DNA of 64,000 nucleotides from Dudresnaya verticillata (Eukaryota): NCBI GenBank assembly GCA_977862235.1, contig OZ374561.1, positions 1,488,001 to 1,552,000 of the forward strand, read 5' to 3'. Shown piece by piece: positions 38,601 to 51,700 of this stretch (position 1 is its first letter; each line of letters starts with the position of its first letter). The notes under the pieces were generated by a model. It saw only the letters and a program-made list of their open reading frames with translations, ran no database searches and was not told where the DNA came from. The position numbers and the translations under genes were made by a program.

Positions 38601-40185
38601 ACCAGAATGTATCATAACTTGCGCCGACAGGTCTATTGGCCTGGTATGGCTCTCGCAGTATACGCGACCGTTCGAAATTGTGTCAAATGCGCTCGGGAAC
38701 GAGTCCAATTACGGCAACCTGCTTCGCAGATGAAGCTGTTCCCGGCTACGATGCCGTTAGAATTCGTGGGGATTGACATCCTAGGGCCGCTACCCCGATC
38801 GAGTAAGGGTAACGAGTACGTTCTCGTAATAACCGATCGCTTCTCAAAGCTCACCAGGGCTGTCCCGTTGAAAACGGAAACGGCCTACACCGTGGCAAGA
38901 GCGTTCTGCGAACATTGGGTATACACATACGGGCCGCCCCGCTATGTTTTGTCGGACAACGGTCCGCAGTTCGCATCGAAGTTTTTCATAGCCGTCTGTG
39001 GCATACTTCGGATCAGGAATCTGTTCACCACTACTTACCATCCACAGACGAACGGACAGACCGAGAGGTTTAATAGAATCTTGTTGGCTGGGCTGAGACA
39101 CTTCATCTCCGATGATCAAAAGGATTGGGATGAATTCACGTCGGCTTTGACGTATGCGTATAACACGACCGTTCACCGCGGGACCGGTCTTGCGCCCGTC
39201 GATTTGGTTTTATCTAACCCTCCCACGTCCATTCTAATGGAAAGAGCCGAGACAGTAGACGTTGAAAACGTTCCAGCAACTAACGTGAAGAAACGGCTGA
39301 CTACCCGGCTCGAGAAGCTGATGGATACAGCATTGCCACGCCTGCGGATGGCCCAGCGACGATATGAAGTTAACTTCAACAATCGTATGCGGTTGACTAA
39401 CCAAAACGTACGCCCAGGCCAATGGGTATTTCTCGAAAGAGAAACGAAGGTGAAAGACGCCAAAGGCGTGGCTCGAGAAGGAACGTTGTTTCCAAAAGCG
39501 CTAGGCCCCTTTAAGGTACTCGAACGAGGAACACACACAGTCGTGTTGCAAAAAGCTGGCGAAAAAGAGTTAGTCTCTCTGGATCGTGTAACATTGGCCC
39601 CATCGCCAAACGATGAGTTCGGCGCTATTGGGCAAGTGCCCCTATCGTGAAATCTGGGCCTGACGATGCGGAACGAGCAGAACCAACTGCGAGGGCAACG
39701 CCCCCGAACACCAGTGATGTCGAAAGAGCATCAGCTCAACCCGGCAGTGAGCTATTGGAAACGGTGGTCGAGGCCGCAGATGCGCCGACTGTCTCGCCCC
39801 CACGGCAAGAAACCGATAATATCGATAACGGCGCTGGCCCGGTTTCCATAACTGCACCTGCTCGTGAGGTTCTCATACCGCCTGAATTAGGCGATCGCGC
39901 GGCAATGGTATCCAGGGATAATAGTTCTCCTCGGCCTGTTGCCGGACCAACTGCTACCGAAGCCGAAGAGACGGCTCCTCGCCGTAAATTCTCCCGCTTC
40001 AAGAAAGCTCCCCCTCGGGGGTTTGTTTATGACAAGTTGGTCGGATACGCGCAGAGTCGGAAATGTACAAAGTACGTTGGTACCAGTGCCCTGACTCGCA
40101 GGATACGTGGGAACCCCGACGGCACCTCCCGGAGAACTTAGTTAAGCGGTATCACCGTAAGAAGGGAATCCCCCTTCCCGCCTAA
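35601..40185 (+). pseudogene. pol: pol of element D: protease, RT, RNase H, integrase, chromodomain; frameshifted
   Basis: VLDTGAEPN, YLDD, DTDAC, HYPEMAGHPG..CVKC, SDNGPQF, GPF, YKVRWYQ..DTWEP; breaks near 36945, 37230, 39650 and 40055. Confidence 0.93.
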
Positions 40186-40343
40186 CTACTGGGCTGCCAG
40201 TCTGTATATCAGCCTGTGGCCAGATGGAAAACCTATTTCATTCCATAATGCCAAGGGCGTATGTTCTCCCCCTCCCTCTGGATAAGAGAGGCGAGTGGTA
40301 TTGTAACAAAAGACCGATGTCTTAGAGAAAGTTGCGCAAATGC

Positions 40344-40522
40344 GATGTATAATACGGAAGGTTCAAGACCTTGGATAGATGAAATAGAAGGTTCAAGACG
40401 CCTGGATGTATAATATGGAAGGTTCAAGACCTTGGATAGATGAAATGGATAGATGAAATAGAAGGTTCAAGACCTGTGGATAGATGAAATGGATGTATGG
40501 TATGGAAGGTCCAAGGCCTTGG
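40344..40522 (+). repeat. Irregular minisatellite in the 3' spacer of element D
   Basis: Five GAAGGT(T/C)CAAG cores with GGATAGATGAAAT / GATGTATAATA modules, spacing about 30-45 bp. Confidence 0.8.
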
Positions 40523-43399
40523 CTAACGTGTAGGAAATGGTGGGAACCATAGGGCACGAGCTCTGGGACGTTGCTACGTGACATGTCACAAACGCGGAAG
40601 AAGCGACCTCAGGCACAGAGCCTCTCAGACGACCTCCTGGCTCATAAGTCATGACTCCTTCTATCACCCGAGACGTCAACGTCTTATTGGAGGTCCCATG
40701 ACCTATGAGTCACCCGGCGCCGCTCACCCCCACGCTAAAAAAAAGGGAAGGAAGAAGGGAGCACGACTACCCCTCTCCCTAGAAAGAGGGGTCTCACCCT
40801 GAATAGGCTCCGACTGACCAGCACGGCAGGCGTTGGCGCCAAATAGAGTTCAACTCTACAGTGTGAACCACCCCTACTGTAGAGTGGCTCCTTCTGAGAT
40901 GGCAGCCCCTCACGGGCCATTCCCCAAGGAAGAGGCGGATTGCACGACGAATCAAAATTCGTGGAAGAAATATCCGCGGCACGGAGCCCCTACAGTGGCA
41001 CCAGGCTACAGTGGCTCCTCCAAGGAGTACGAACACGCACTTGCGTTATGGTGCCGAGCGTACAGAAAGCTCAATGGGCTAAGCTACTAACCGGTCGGCT
41101 CCAAGCCGAAGGTGATTCAACAAGAAGAATTACTTTACGTTAGCGGATAAGCCGCTCTTGCCCAAGTAAGGCGGATTACGGGACGGGCGCCTAAGGCGCA
41201 TAAGGGAGCAAAGGGATTGAGAAAACCACTTAATCAGACAATATCGCTCCTCGAGACTGGCACCTGCCCGCACCTTAAGGTGTGCAAGTTCGGTACGCAG
41301 GAGCCAGTCGCGGCTATGCGAAACAGCAAACGGCACACCTGCCGCATCCACCTCGTGCCCGAGCACGTTTACACTCGAGCCAGCAGCTCTATACGCTAGC
41401 GGCGGCGCCATAGCCCCGATGTGACTTCAACGGCTACGTCGGCTCCAGAGCCGATCCGAAGACTCGGCGAGCACGACCTGAGAAATTCTCCTAAGGCACG
41501 GAGGCCTTCTGAATGTCGGCTCCAAAGCCCCCCCTTGGGTGACGAGCGCGACCTGAGTCTTCCATGGCTTTCAAGCCGTCCCAAATTCTGACCGTCGGCT
41601 CCACAGCCGCTCCGCAGAGACAGCGAGCGCGACCTGAAAAGTCTCCGGCGACTTAGCAACTTCTTGGCGCAAGAACCCCGGCGCACGTGGCACACGCCCA
41701 CAACGGCACCGGAGCCGACAGGGAGGTCTGTAGTCGCGATCGACGGCGTACGCCGGTATGTTGCACGAAAGCGACGTCGGGCGCAAGAATGAGTCACCGC
41801 GGCGAAGCGGCGTCCACCGGCGCGATTGGAAGGTCGAAGGGCGCTGATAGCCCGCGCGCACGACAAGGGGGGTTGGTCGCGTCCGGTCTTGACCGCGGAA
41901 GAGTGGGCGGAGGACGAGAGTCCTAGTCGGTTCAATATACGCTCGCCAGACGGGCACCCCGCGAAATCGATACCAGACGTGCGTTGCACGGTCGTCGTCG
42001 ACGGCACTGGCCGTCTTGATTTAGCCTTCGACGCTTGTCGAGATGGGGGTAGAACCCCGAGAAAATTGGGAGGCGGTTGGAAACCGTGTTCGCTGGACCA
42101 ATGAACGGACTAAGATTGAAATCTCAACGGTCCATGTAATTGGAAACGACGTTGCTGTCAACTCTGGACTTAGCGCGGTCGCTCAGTTTTAAGAACGGGG
42201 CCGTGTGGTACAACGGGCGTTGACGTCCTGTAAGGAGCCATGTGGACACGAGTCCTTTGTAAGGAATGGCGGGCGCACAACCGCCCGGGTGATATGGCTG
42301 GCGCTCAGATTGATTTCATTGCTGAAAGCGCTCCTGCGCTGTAAGGCAACACGTGTACAGAGTTAATCTGTAAGGCACATTGCTGATATGGCACTGTGCC
42401 ATTTGGTGATTAACTATGGCCGCACCATCGCGCCATGCATTGCTGGCGGATGTTTGCCCCGTGGCGCCTGACAGTGGCGCCGCGCTGGCCCTGTGGCCTG
42501 ACCACTCATTCCTATCTAAGGATGTATCGTACCTGTATTGTACAGCATCAGCTAAGTATTAGCCATAGAGCTCTAACTGAGCGAGTAGCACTTTTCGGCT
42601 CTCGCCGTATTTATGGGGCCCCTGAGTAGCAGGGGCCCGGCACTAAACCAGCAGCGGTCTGTGCCTTGGGTTTTCCCCTTTTTGGACGCTTACGGTGCTA
42701 CCGCTACAACTTCCCTTTGGGCGTCTACAAGCCCTGTCGTCTACGACGGATTGCTCTATTCAGCAGGGTTCGCCTTTCCCTTTTTCCTTTGTTAGGGCTT
42801 TAAGCCCTTTCAAGTCTCTACCACCCCTTTACCGAGCTACCAACCACGCGAGTGGGATCGCTCTTTGAGGACAGCTGTCGTGCCGTGTCGCCGTCTCTGT
42901 TGGCTTCAAAGCCATTCTACTACAGAACGCAAAGGAGTAGCACGAACTCAGAGAGCAAGTTCTCCCCCCGAAGCGCGCGGGAAGAATACGCCAGCGACGG
43001 CAGCGAAAAGCGGTGCACTAACGCGCGGCAGGGCGGGGAAGAGGTAGAAACAAACCACGGAAAGATTGAGGCCAGAATGCAGAAACAAGGGCTCAATAAG
43101 CAGAGAAAGATGAACAGACGCACAACGCTGTTTTTCGTAGCTCTCACCCACTTCTTGCTAGTGTGGCTGGATCATTACTTTAATCTAACGCGAAACCCTG
43201 GTAAAGGCTCTAATTACTAGGTCACGTAGCAGGCGGAGGGGACAGGGTCCGGCGATTAACGCTAACGGCAATATATTAAACAACGAGCGCAGTGAGGGAT
43301 GTTAATATGGTTATTAGAGCAAGCTTCTCAGTGAGGGGGAGGGTCCCATTCTTGACAGCAATGTAATCAGCGATACTTAGAATATCGCTGTCAAAACCG

Positions 43400-43897
43400 A
43401 CACCAATACGACCATATACATTAAAACGCTCCCTCCTCACTCGCCTTGTCAGCTTCGTCCTCCAGTACGCTGCTGTTAGCATTAACCGTCGTTGTCTTAC
43501 CATGCCTCTTTGAGCACGACCTAGTCCTGCACAGGCTCCTCTGCACCTGCTGATTATGCTCTTAGTCAAGTGAAGACTTCCACGGAATACATCAATAACT
43601 GTAGCAAGCAAGTCCATGCCGAGGCTCTCACACTTCTCAGTGAAGCAAGGTCCAGGCGATTAAATATGTTCCGGGGGACTTTCTTCTCGATGGACTCTCG
43701 CATTTCTGTTGCAGTGGCAAAACTGCCCTTAGAGCTAAGAGTTCGAAATCTGGTTCAGTAGCTTGCCCTTTGCACCCACCGTACATCTTTAGTTCTTCAA
43801 TTCGTTGCGATTAGTCTTAATGCGTAAAGGTCTGCATCATCACGCATATAGTAGACAACTTCACTCAAAGAAGAATGTAGAGCCCCTTACGGGGACT
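43400..43897 (+). mobile_element. Two decayed 3'-end remnants of CRE-like elements
   Basis: Translations KRSLLTRLVSFVLQYAAVSINRR and THRTSLVLQFVAISLN match the CRE C-terminus KVSLLTHLTSLVLKSVAVAVNRR; followed by the GCCCCTTACGGGG hairpin. Confidence 0.6.
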
Positions 43898-45785
43898 TAA
43901 TTTCTGCCATAACATGCTCTGCGTTCAACGAGCCTGCTATGTCAGTAAGCTTGCCAAGGTGCCACCACCGAAGCGTAATATCAAGGCGACGGGAAGCTGT
44001 TCTCAATTCCATAGCATCGCGATGAGGACCGCAGGGCGAACTTGGGGCGTTGAAGCCTTCTGAAACCAAGCTTGATGGAAGTGCCGAGCTGTGGTAGTCA
44101 CGCTGATTTCTATGCGGTGTGCGATGCAGAAGACAATAATCCACCGTAAACCACTCGTGCTTGTGCAGCGATTGTAGGGACCACAGACCCGTCGTAGCGT
44201 CAGGTCAGTGTTTCCAGCCGAAGCACGGTGCAGTTCGTCCTTTGTGACTAACTAAGGCTTAGTCACGATTAGTAGAGAATACGGGGCTGGGTGCAGGACT
44301 ACGGCGTTCGAGCGGGGACGGAGCGGGGGGACTAAGCGGGGAAATTCATGAGAGAGTAATGGCCAGAGTGAGGTGACGAAAGAGCCTACGATAGCACAGG
44401 AGACGATGGCTGCAGATATGGTTTAGACAAGGCCTTAGGCTTGCTCTTCTGATTGCCAACGGAAAAAAGTGCCAAAAGCTTCGCAGTAGGAGGGGAGTGA
44501 TCAACCTCGACGTCTTCTTGCAAGGCACAGTGCAGCTTTCGTGAATCTTCTGCTCGGGGATCTGTGCGAGACTCCAAACAAGTCTTAAGTAACCTTCAGT
44601 ACCCCTTTCCTGTATCCTGTGCAAGGCACCGAACAGAACTCACGAAGCCCATGGGATAGGCGATGACTGCCTTATCCACGGTGGTTCTATCCACTGTACT
44701 CCATTTGGTATTGAAGAAATGTTCCGCAAGTAGTGGAAGGGTTTTGCCATCAACTGACCCGTCCAGAAACGCGCACTTCTTATAACATTCCGATGCCGCC
44801 GACATGGCGCATCTCCGAAGCTTTCCGCCTTAAGTCCTTCCCGCGAAGGATCCAATAAAGAACGTACAACGCCAAGCCTACGGAAAAGTTCCTCCTTTCG
44901 CACCATTGCTGCTAGATACACGGTCCATCTCAGGTACGCCCACCCCATTTGGACAACCTTTTTGCAAGGTTCACAGTTCTCACAGGTTCCATGTGGCCAC
45001 TCGGTGTTTGCGGCGCACAGTCTTGCTATGATTCGGCTGTTGTTACCAGCTGTTCCTACGTGTTCTGGAGTGCGGCCTGAAAAGGCTGCGGGTGCGCCCA
45101 GAATAACTAGTAATACTTCTCGAACTCTTTAATGAAGAGCATGCCCGACGTTACAACCTGCTTCTGGAAACCAGGCTTGTTATGTGCGTCGACTGTGTCG
45201 CGGAGAGAGCCAGCCTCATATTGGTCTTGGATCTACTTGGAGCCAAACACCATTAAAGAGTCGATAAGACTAATAGGAATGACACGGTCTACGTCGACAT
45301 TTTGCAGGTAGACATCAGCAAGGGATACGGCTTTGGGCCGACGGAGTTTCGAGGAGGAGCTTGAGCAGGCTATGAAGAGGGGAGGGGTACGTTATAAGAA
45401 GAGGAAGTAACAGGCTAATTGTCAAGAGTACGAGAGCGTCCGACCGCTGAAATAAGCTGATCAAGGCCAAGGCGATTGCCCCCGTTGTTCTCAATGTCGC
45501 CTGTTTACCGACAGAGGCCGCGCGAGATCCGCGTGGCAACTTGGAATCCCTCGCAATCTCCGAGAGCGACTCGAGTTTGGATGGGACAGTTATGCGAAAG
45601 GCACGAACTGATAACTTCTGCGAGACGTTCCACACGGCGTCCGGCTGCTCCAACGAGCCTGCGCCAGCAGTCGCGAGAGCGCCACACCTCTTCAAAAGTT
45701 GCTGCAAGTGTAACAGAAAGGTCCATCGACATGCAACCGCCCTTCAACTGCATGGCATCTCCGACAGCGACTTGTTTAGCCAGAA

Positions 45786-47982
45786 TCAGATCTCCATGAT
45801 TCTGAGCAGAGCTTCCGTCACCTTCAAGCGCTTGAGCTCGTCGGGCACAGCAACACGAATATCAGGCACGGGCACCTCAAAGGTCTCGGGAGCACCGTCG
45901 TGCCGAGCCCAGCGCGGAGACGAGAGCACAACTTGCTCCCTGTCGCCGGCCATGCGCACGCGCATCGGCCCCAACCCAAAGCGCGAGCGCCGCCACTCGG
46001 CGTACCGCTCGACGTCGGCCACGAGCTGCCACACTGCCCCCGTCCGCATCATCCGCATCACCCACTCGCGGTTCTTCAGCAATCTCGCCACGTCCCAGTT
46101 CCTCCCTGCCCCGAGAAGCAGCCAGCACATGTGCCGCACCGCATACCCATCGTCTTCCACGCTCGCCGCCCACGTCTGCGAGACCCGCGCCCAGTCGCCC
46201 ACCTGACCCCCCGGCCATATTCGCGTGTCACATCTCCACCTCGCCCCACCGCCGCGCCTCCACGCGCACGCACTCCAGAGCCAAGTCGTGCACCCGCACA
46301 CCGAGCTGCACCCTTCCACCCACCTCACGGTATTCTAACTCCACCAACCCCGCGCCTGCCATCGCCTCGGCCACTTCCTCGGTCCCCATCTCGTTCGCCA
46401 GCAACCATAAGTGTCGCGCCGCCGACACGGGCAGCCAATCCCGCGCTTGCAGCACACACAGCCCGTGGTACATCTCAGCGTACGACTGTCGCCATGTCTG
46501 CGCTCCCAGGTCGTTTGCGATATCGTCCAGCACGTCCAGCGACACCAGCACAGCAGCTGCCAACTCGCTGTGCGGCCCCTCTTCCTTGTTCTCCCGCTGC
46601 ACATCCGCAAGCCGCGCATGCAACCGCCGCGCGTACTCTTTCCACGCTTCTCGAAGCTTGGCCACCCTTGTGCTCACCCGCAGCCATCCAACCGCCGCCC
46701 CGACCACGCTCAGTGCAAACGGTAACCCCGCGCAAATCCTCAACAGATCATCAGTCGCTTGTCGGCACGACGGATCCCACAGCTCTTCGCCCATGTCGTG
46801 TTCCTCCACTCCGGCCTCTCGGAATAGCATTCGTCGATCTTGTCCACATTGCCCGCCCCACGCTTCAAACACAATCGCGCCTCCCTGCAGCACAACCCGT
46901 TCATCCCTTGTGGAATACACCAGCCGACTTCCACCTCTACTCTGCGAACACTCCCCACTCGTTAGCGATAGCAACTGAATAACAGTATCCACGCTGATAT
47001 CGTTCGCCTGCCACAGGTCATCAATCATAAAGAGACACTCGCGCTGTGCGAACCATTCACGTGTGCGATCGATGATCTTACCCACCTCGCTCTCCTGCAA
47101 TAGTTTCTGCGCAAGCCGCCTCCCGCCGGACTTCTTGACCGCGGCGCAGACCTCGCCAGCCACCCGCGCCACCGTCGCGTCCTTACCGAGCGTCATCAAA
47201 TACACGCCGCCTGTAAACCGCCGCTGGATGTCTGCATCGGCTGCGACTGCACGCAGTGCGCACGTCTTCCCGACCCCGCTTCTCCCACACACAACCGTGA
47301 TTGGGAGTTCAGTGTTGCGCGCCAGCAGCGCTGCCTTCAACTTCCCCTCGCTCTTCGCGCGAGCCCCGTCCTCTGTGACTCATTCAAAGTCGAAGCACAT
47401 CGGCTTGACGCTTCGCGATGCTGAGTAAACGGCGCGAAACGCATCCCTCTCGCTGGCCGTGGAATTGCTTCCCGCGAGTTGTTCCACAGCGGCTCTCAGC
47501 CGGTCGGCTGCCCTGGCGGTGGCGCCATCCGAGCCTTGCGCTGTGTGAGACAGGCGTGCCAGGGTGAGCACACGACTGACATGCATGGCGCGACGGCGCA
47601 CTGGGACGGCCTGCTCGACCAGGGCGAAAAGGGAGAAGTGAGCGCGGTGGGCGTGGACAGCAGAATAGACCCATGCAGCATGCATGGCGCGGAGCTTGCG
47701 TAGAACGCGGCTTGCGATGCTGGCCGAGAAGGAGACGAAGGCGTTCACGATAGCGATGAGACGCGTGACCTGGACAGGCGGCAAGCGACATAAGTTGTCG
47801 CCGTCGCAGCGCGACATGGAGTGCACATGGGCCAGGATGGCGGCGTACACACGCTGCAGCCTCTCCGCGGCTGCGGCAGGCGTGCACATGCTGAGCATGC
47901 GCGAAGATAGCTCTTCGGTCAGGGAGAGGATCTCCCAGGACTCCGTGATTGTGGACTCCGTGATTGTGGTGGAGAAATCCAT
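45786..47982 (-). pseudogene. APAF1-like NB-ARC (STAND NTPase) gene, disrupted
   Basis: Walker A GRSGVGKT, Walker B LFMIDDLW, YSTR sensor, CAGLPFAL, VHDL (MHD-like), DDGYAVRH helical domain; in-frame TGA at 47380-47382 and frameshift near 46230. Confidence 0.85.
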
Positions 47983-48764
47983 ATTGGATGTGGAGCGGAG
48001 AGTGGTGTTGCGGTCTGGGGCTCAACACCCTAGGGGGCGTGATGTTGAGCGGGAGCTCCGCTAGAACTATAGTCGCGGAGTAGAGAATACATTTTTGAAG
48101 GTCATCTGCAAAGGTGCAAGGCAGTGGGTGGACAGCGCATTCTCTATTGCCGCTACTCTGTCGACGTCGCAACGACGTCTCATGCTGCTGGAGAAACGTT
48201 TGTTTCTGAATGGCTTTCGTTGCTAGAGCTGTATTCCGAGAAGTGCTGCTCTGCCAATACGCATTCGTTAGCAAAGGTCGGAAGGGCGTCTGATGTAGTA
48301 GCGACACGCGTAGTCACTCACGAGCGAATGCAAGACGAAAAAACACTACCCTTGGGTACACGTAAGACATGAAGGTGCACATGGAGCCTTCATGCAATCA
48401 AGCACTAATTCAAGGTCACCCAGCAACAGGCTGTGGCCGCGGGACTCAAAACCTCACCGGCTGTCTCGCTCGCTTAACCGCGTACACCTCATCGTGCGCG
48501 TGCTCCTCGTGCCTCGATTGATCCGCACCTCTCCACAGGCTCCAACTCGCTCATACCAGAGCCGTTCGTTGGGGCTGCTCTGGAATGGTCGCGGCAGTCG
48601 AAGCTGGGCCTGATCAGGCACAAGAGATTGGTTGAAGAGAAAATTGCAATCTACTGTCTGTAGACACGGAATCTGTGCCTCGGATCTGCACGACTCTCCA
48701 AATGGGGAAGGGGGGCTAAGGACTGAAAACAACATCATCATCATCACAACCAGTCACCTAGATC

Positions 48765-51700
48765 CTAGGCAACCGGGTACTTTTCATTCACCATATTCGC
48801 TAGAGACTCGGGAGAATCTTCCGGCTCTTCGTTTGCGTCATACACGTTCCACGTCCCCTCTATCAATAGCGTATAAGAAATCGCAGCCCCTGACAATGAT
48901 GATACAGCCTTAGCCCCATGCCTTGCTCGCTTTCCAATACTATTTTGTTTGTCCAGAACCGCGTCGACATCTTCAAAGTCAACACCTCCCAAAGCCGCAA
49001 TGCTCTTACGAAGTCCTTTTCCGGCAAGGTTTTGATCATTTTCTTCCAACGCTTTCACGTAATATGTTGTTCCTTTCCTCGAGCTTGATTCAATATTCTT
49101 TCTAAGTTTCGCCCCGCGGGAAGATTGCCGATCAGCTTCAGGAAGTTGTAAGAGCTTCTTCCTGAACCGATGTGATTTTTTCAAGTGGTGTCTGGATTTT
49201 TTCCCCAGTTTCTTTGGCTCCCCACTCGAAGCACCTGTCGCTGCCCCCAATAATCCAAACACTGACGATGCAACACCCAATCGAGAAGTGGTTTCCTGGT
49301 CTTCACCGAGTAGAGTCATTGAATCCGCTGAAATTCCTAACATGTTTGATGTAATGCCAAATGTAGACGATAGCACTTCAGCTACCACGGCAAGTGACGC
49401 CCCTCCGGTCTCCGGGGCGGCAAGTATTGCCCCTACTAACATTGCGCCTTCTATAATTATTCCAATAATGTTGAGGGCAAGGTCCACCTCGGTTGACAAG
49501 TGCCCAGACGGGTCAAGCCCATTCACTGGGTCTCCTTCGCAGTACAAAAATGGATTGATCCCACCTCCAGAAAACGGAGAAAAGGAATCCATTGAAGTGA
49601 AGATGCCATACTGGGGCATGTATGCACGGGTGCCATCACCCAAATTGTACATTGGCAACTGTTTCAGAGGCAGCTCTCCTGTGTATCCCGTTCGTGATGC
49701 AGGGGTGGCATATCCAAATGGAGAATACACCTGGTACTGCGACACGTCCCCAGTGTTGCAAACAACTGCAGAACCCTTCCTGTCCACACCAATCGTTGCT
49801 GTCGTATTGCCATGTCTCTCAGCCACGGTTCGATCTCCGCTCCGAAAAAAATCCGTCTTTCCGTTACAACCCCCCTCTTCCCTTATTACCTTCCTGTCAT
49901 AGTAGTACTTCAAAGATTCATCTTCCTTCACTACTCTCTCGAATGCGTCATACTGAAGCCTCTTCTCAATTCCTGAACCAGAGTACTGACTGAGACGTCC
50001 AGTAATCGTATATTGCAAAGAAATGCCTTTTCCGTTACTGCAACTTATGTTGGAGATATTTCCATCCCCGTCGTAAGTGAACTCTTCTGTCTCCGGAAAA
50101 TGAGATGTGAGCGAGTGTTGTATGCTTTTTGGGTGACGAGCATCTTTGCTCTTATAGTTCCAAATGGCGGTATCCACTGATCCATCGCTCAATGTAGTGA
50201 CAACTTGAGTGATGTTGTTCCAGTGGTTGAAATTGAATCGCTGTGACTTGAAGCGATGAAAATCTTGGCCAACACCAGGAAGAAACATTTGATCGAATTC
50301 CCCACTCACATAGTATCGTATCAATCTACTGCACTTGTCATACGAGTAGTTCTCGCAAACTTTCCGCTCCCCATTCACAGTAACCAGCTGGCATATCAAT
50401 TTGTTTTCCTTATCATATGTATACTTATGGCAGAAAATGTGCTTCTTTTCTGTAGAGAAAGTCGTTATGGAACGACCTTCTTCTCTACCCAAGTCATCAT
50501 ACGCCAGTTCCGTGACTTGCTTCTTGAATGACCCGGTCTCGTCTGATATCGCTTCCCTGCACATGCCAAACAAATTATCGTAGTCTAGTTCAACCCAAAG
50601 TTGGCCTTGAGTTGTCGTTTTCAACCGTCCGCATTCGTCATATGAATATGAAAGGCAGGTGGTGTCCGTGCCAGTTCTAAATTGCATTTTCAGAGGCCTT
50701 CCAAGAAGACTTGAAGCTTGAAATATTGTCTCAGCTCTTTGATTTCCTACAAGCTGCTCCATTCTTTCTTTCTCACCTGAACTTGAGTACCAGTACTGAT
50801 ACGAACCATTTCTATTACTCGCTTTAGCCAGTTTCGTCGTTCCATTCTGTGTGTTCGTTGCATACGTAAATGTGTTACGAATTTCAGGCTCGTGTCCATC
50901 ACTACTTTCCCCTCGCCACATTTGGATTGTAGAAGGAAGAGAGTCAAATATAGAGTTATACTGAAGTGATATTGAGTTTCGAGCTGGCGTAACAATCTTG
51001 TCCGGAAACTTATTCCCGCTTGAATAAGAATAAGTAGTCTTGAAGCCATTGGAAGTCTTACTTGTCACGCGGTCAATTCCGTCAACAGTTTGCTGGCCGA
51101 CTTCTAGGCACATCCCATTATTAGATAATTCGATACGCTCCAAAGTATTTTTCGGGGAGAAGCCTGGGTAGTGAAATCGGAAGATAACGTCCTCCGGACT
51201 CCTAATACTTAGGATGCGATCTAAAAAGTCGTATTCTTCGACAATCGTTTCTTGACCTTGAGGGGATGTCGTTTTAGTCTTTCGCCCAAATCCATCATAT
51301 TCCGTTGTTGTCTCGATGGTTCCAGAAGACATGCTTTGTACTACCTTCAAAACGGGTTTTTTGAAACAATTGAATTTCGTTGTCTCAGATGCAAGCCTGG
51401 ATCTTACAACACCTGAAGCATCTCGATGTTCGACTTCGACCTTCTGAGATAGATTGAAAGGGTTATTCCTAAACATTGTAGTTACACCGTTGCTATCTCT
51501 AGATTCACAGAGCTGTCCCCACCCATCGTATTGCTTGTAAACAGTAACAGAACATAACTCTATTCCATTTGGATAATAATCCTTCCTGGTTTCCGATCGT
51601 ACTTGCCCAACGTTGTCATATTCGTATAATAGAACGGGTAGAAACTGAGTTGAGTTTTCGATCGAAGCCTCAGAAATCTCTCCAGTCCCAGTGGAGGAAA

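Larger units (their letters stand above)
31769..42924 (+). mobile_element. Complete Ty3/gypsy chromovirus-type element D (11156 bp)
   Basis: 721-bp LTRs 31769-32489 and 42204-42924, perfect TSD GAACG, PBS TGGTCTCCCGACCTAG 32491-32506, PPT AAGAACGGGGCCG 42191-42203. Confidence 0.97.
27526..43172 (-). mobile_element. CRE-like non-LTR retrotransposon with restriction-like endonuclease (~4.5 kb net), 5' region interrupted by element D
   Basis: 15-bp direct repeat CATTACTTTAATCTA at 27511-27525 and 43173-43187; RT and RLE motifs inside. Confidence 0.8.

Noticed and set aside
40344..40522. CRISPR-like array
   Set aside because: The spacers are themselves repetitive and irregular, there are no cas genes, and it lies inside a eukaryotic retrotransposon
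44346..44948. Possible decayed gene fragments downstream of the NB-ARC gene
   Set aside because: Several short frames, no motif I can assign with confidence
45900..46982. 360-aa plus-strand ORF
   Set aside because: Pro/Arg-rich shadow of the NB-ARC coding strand
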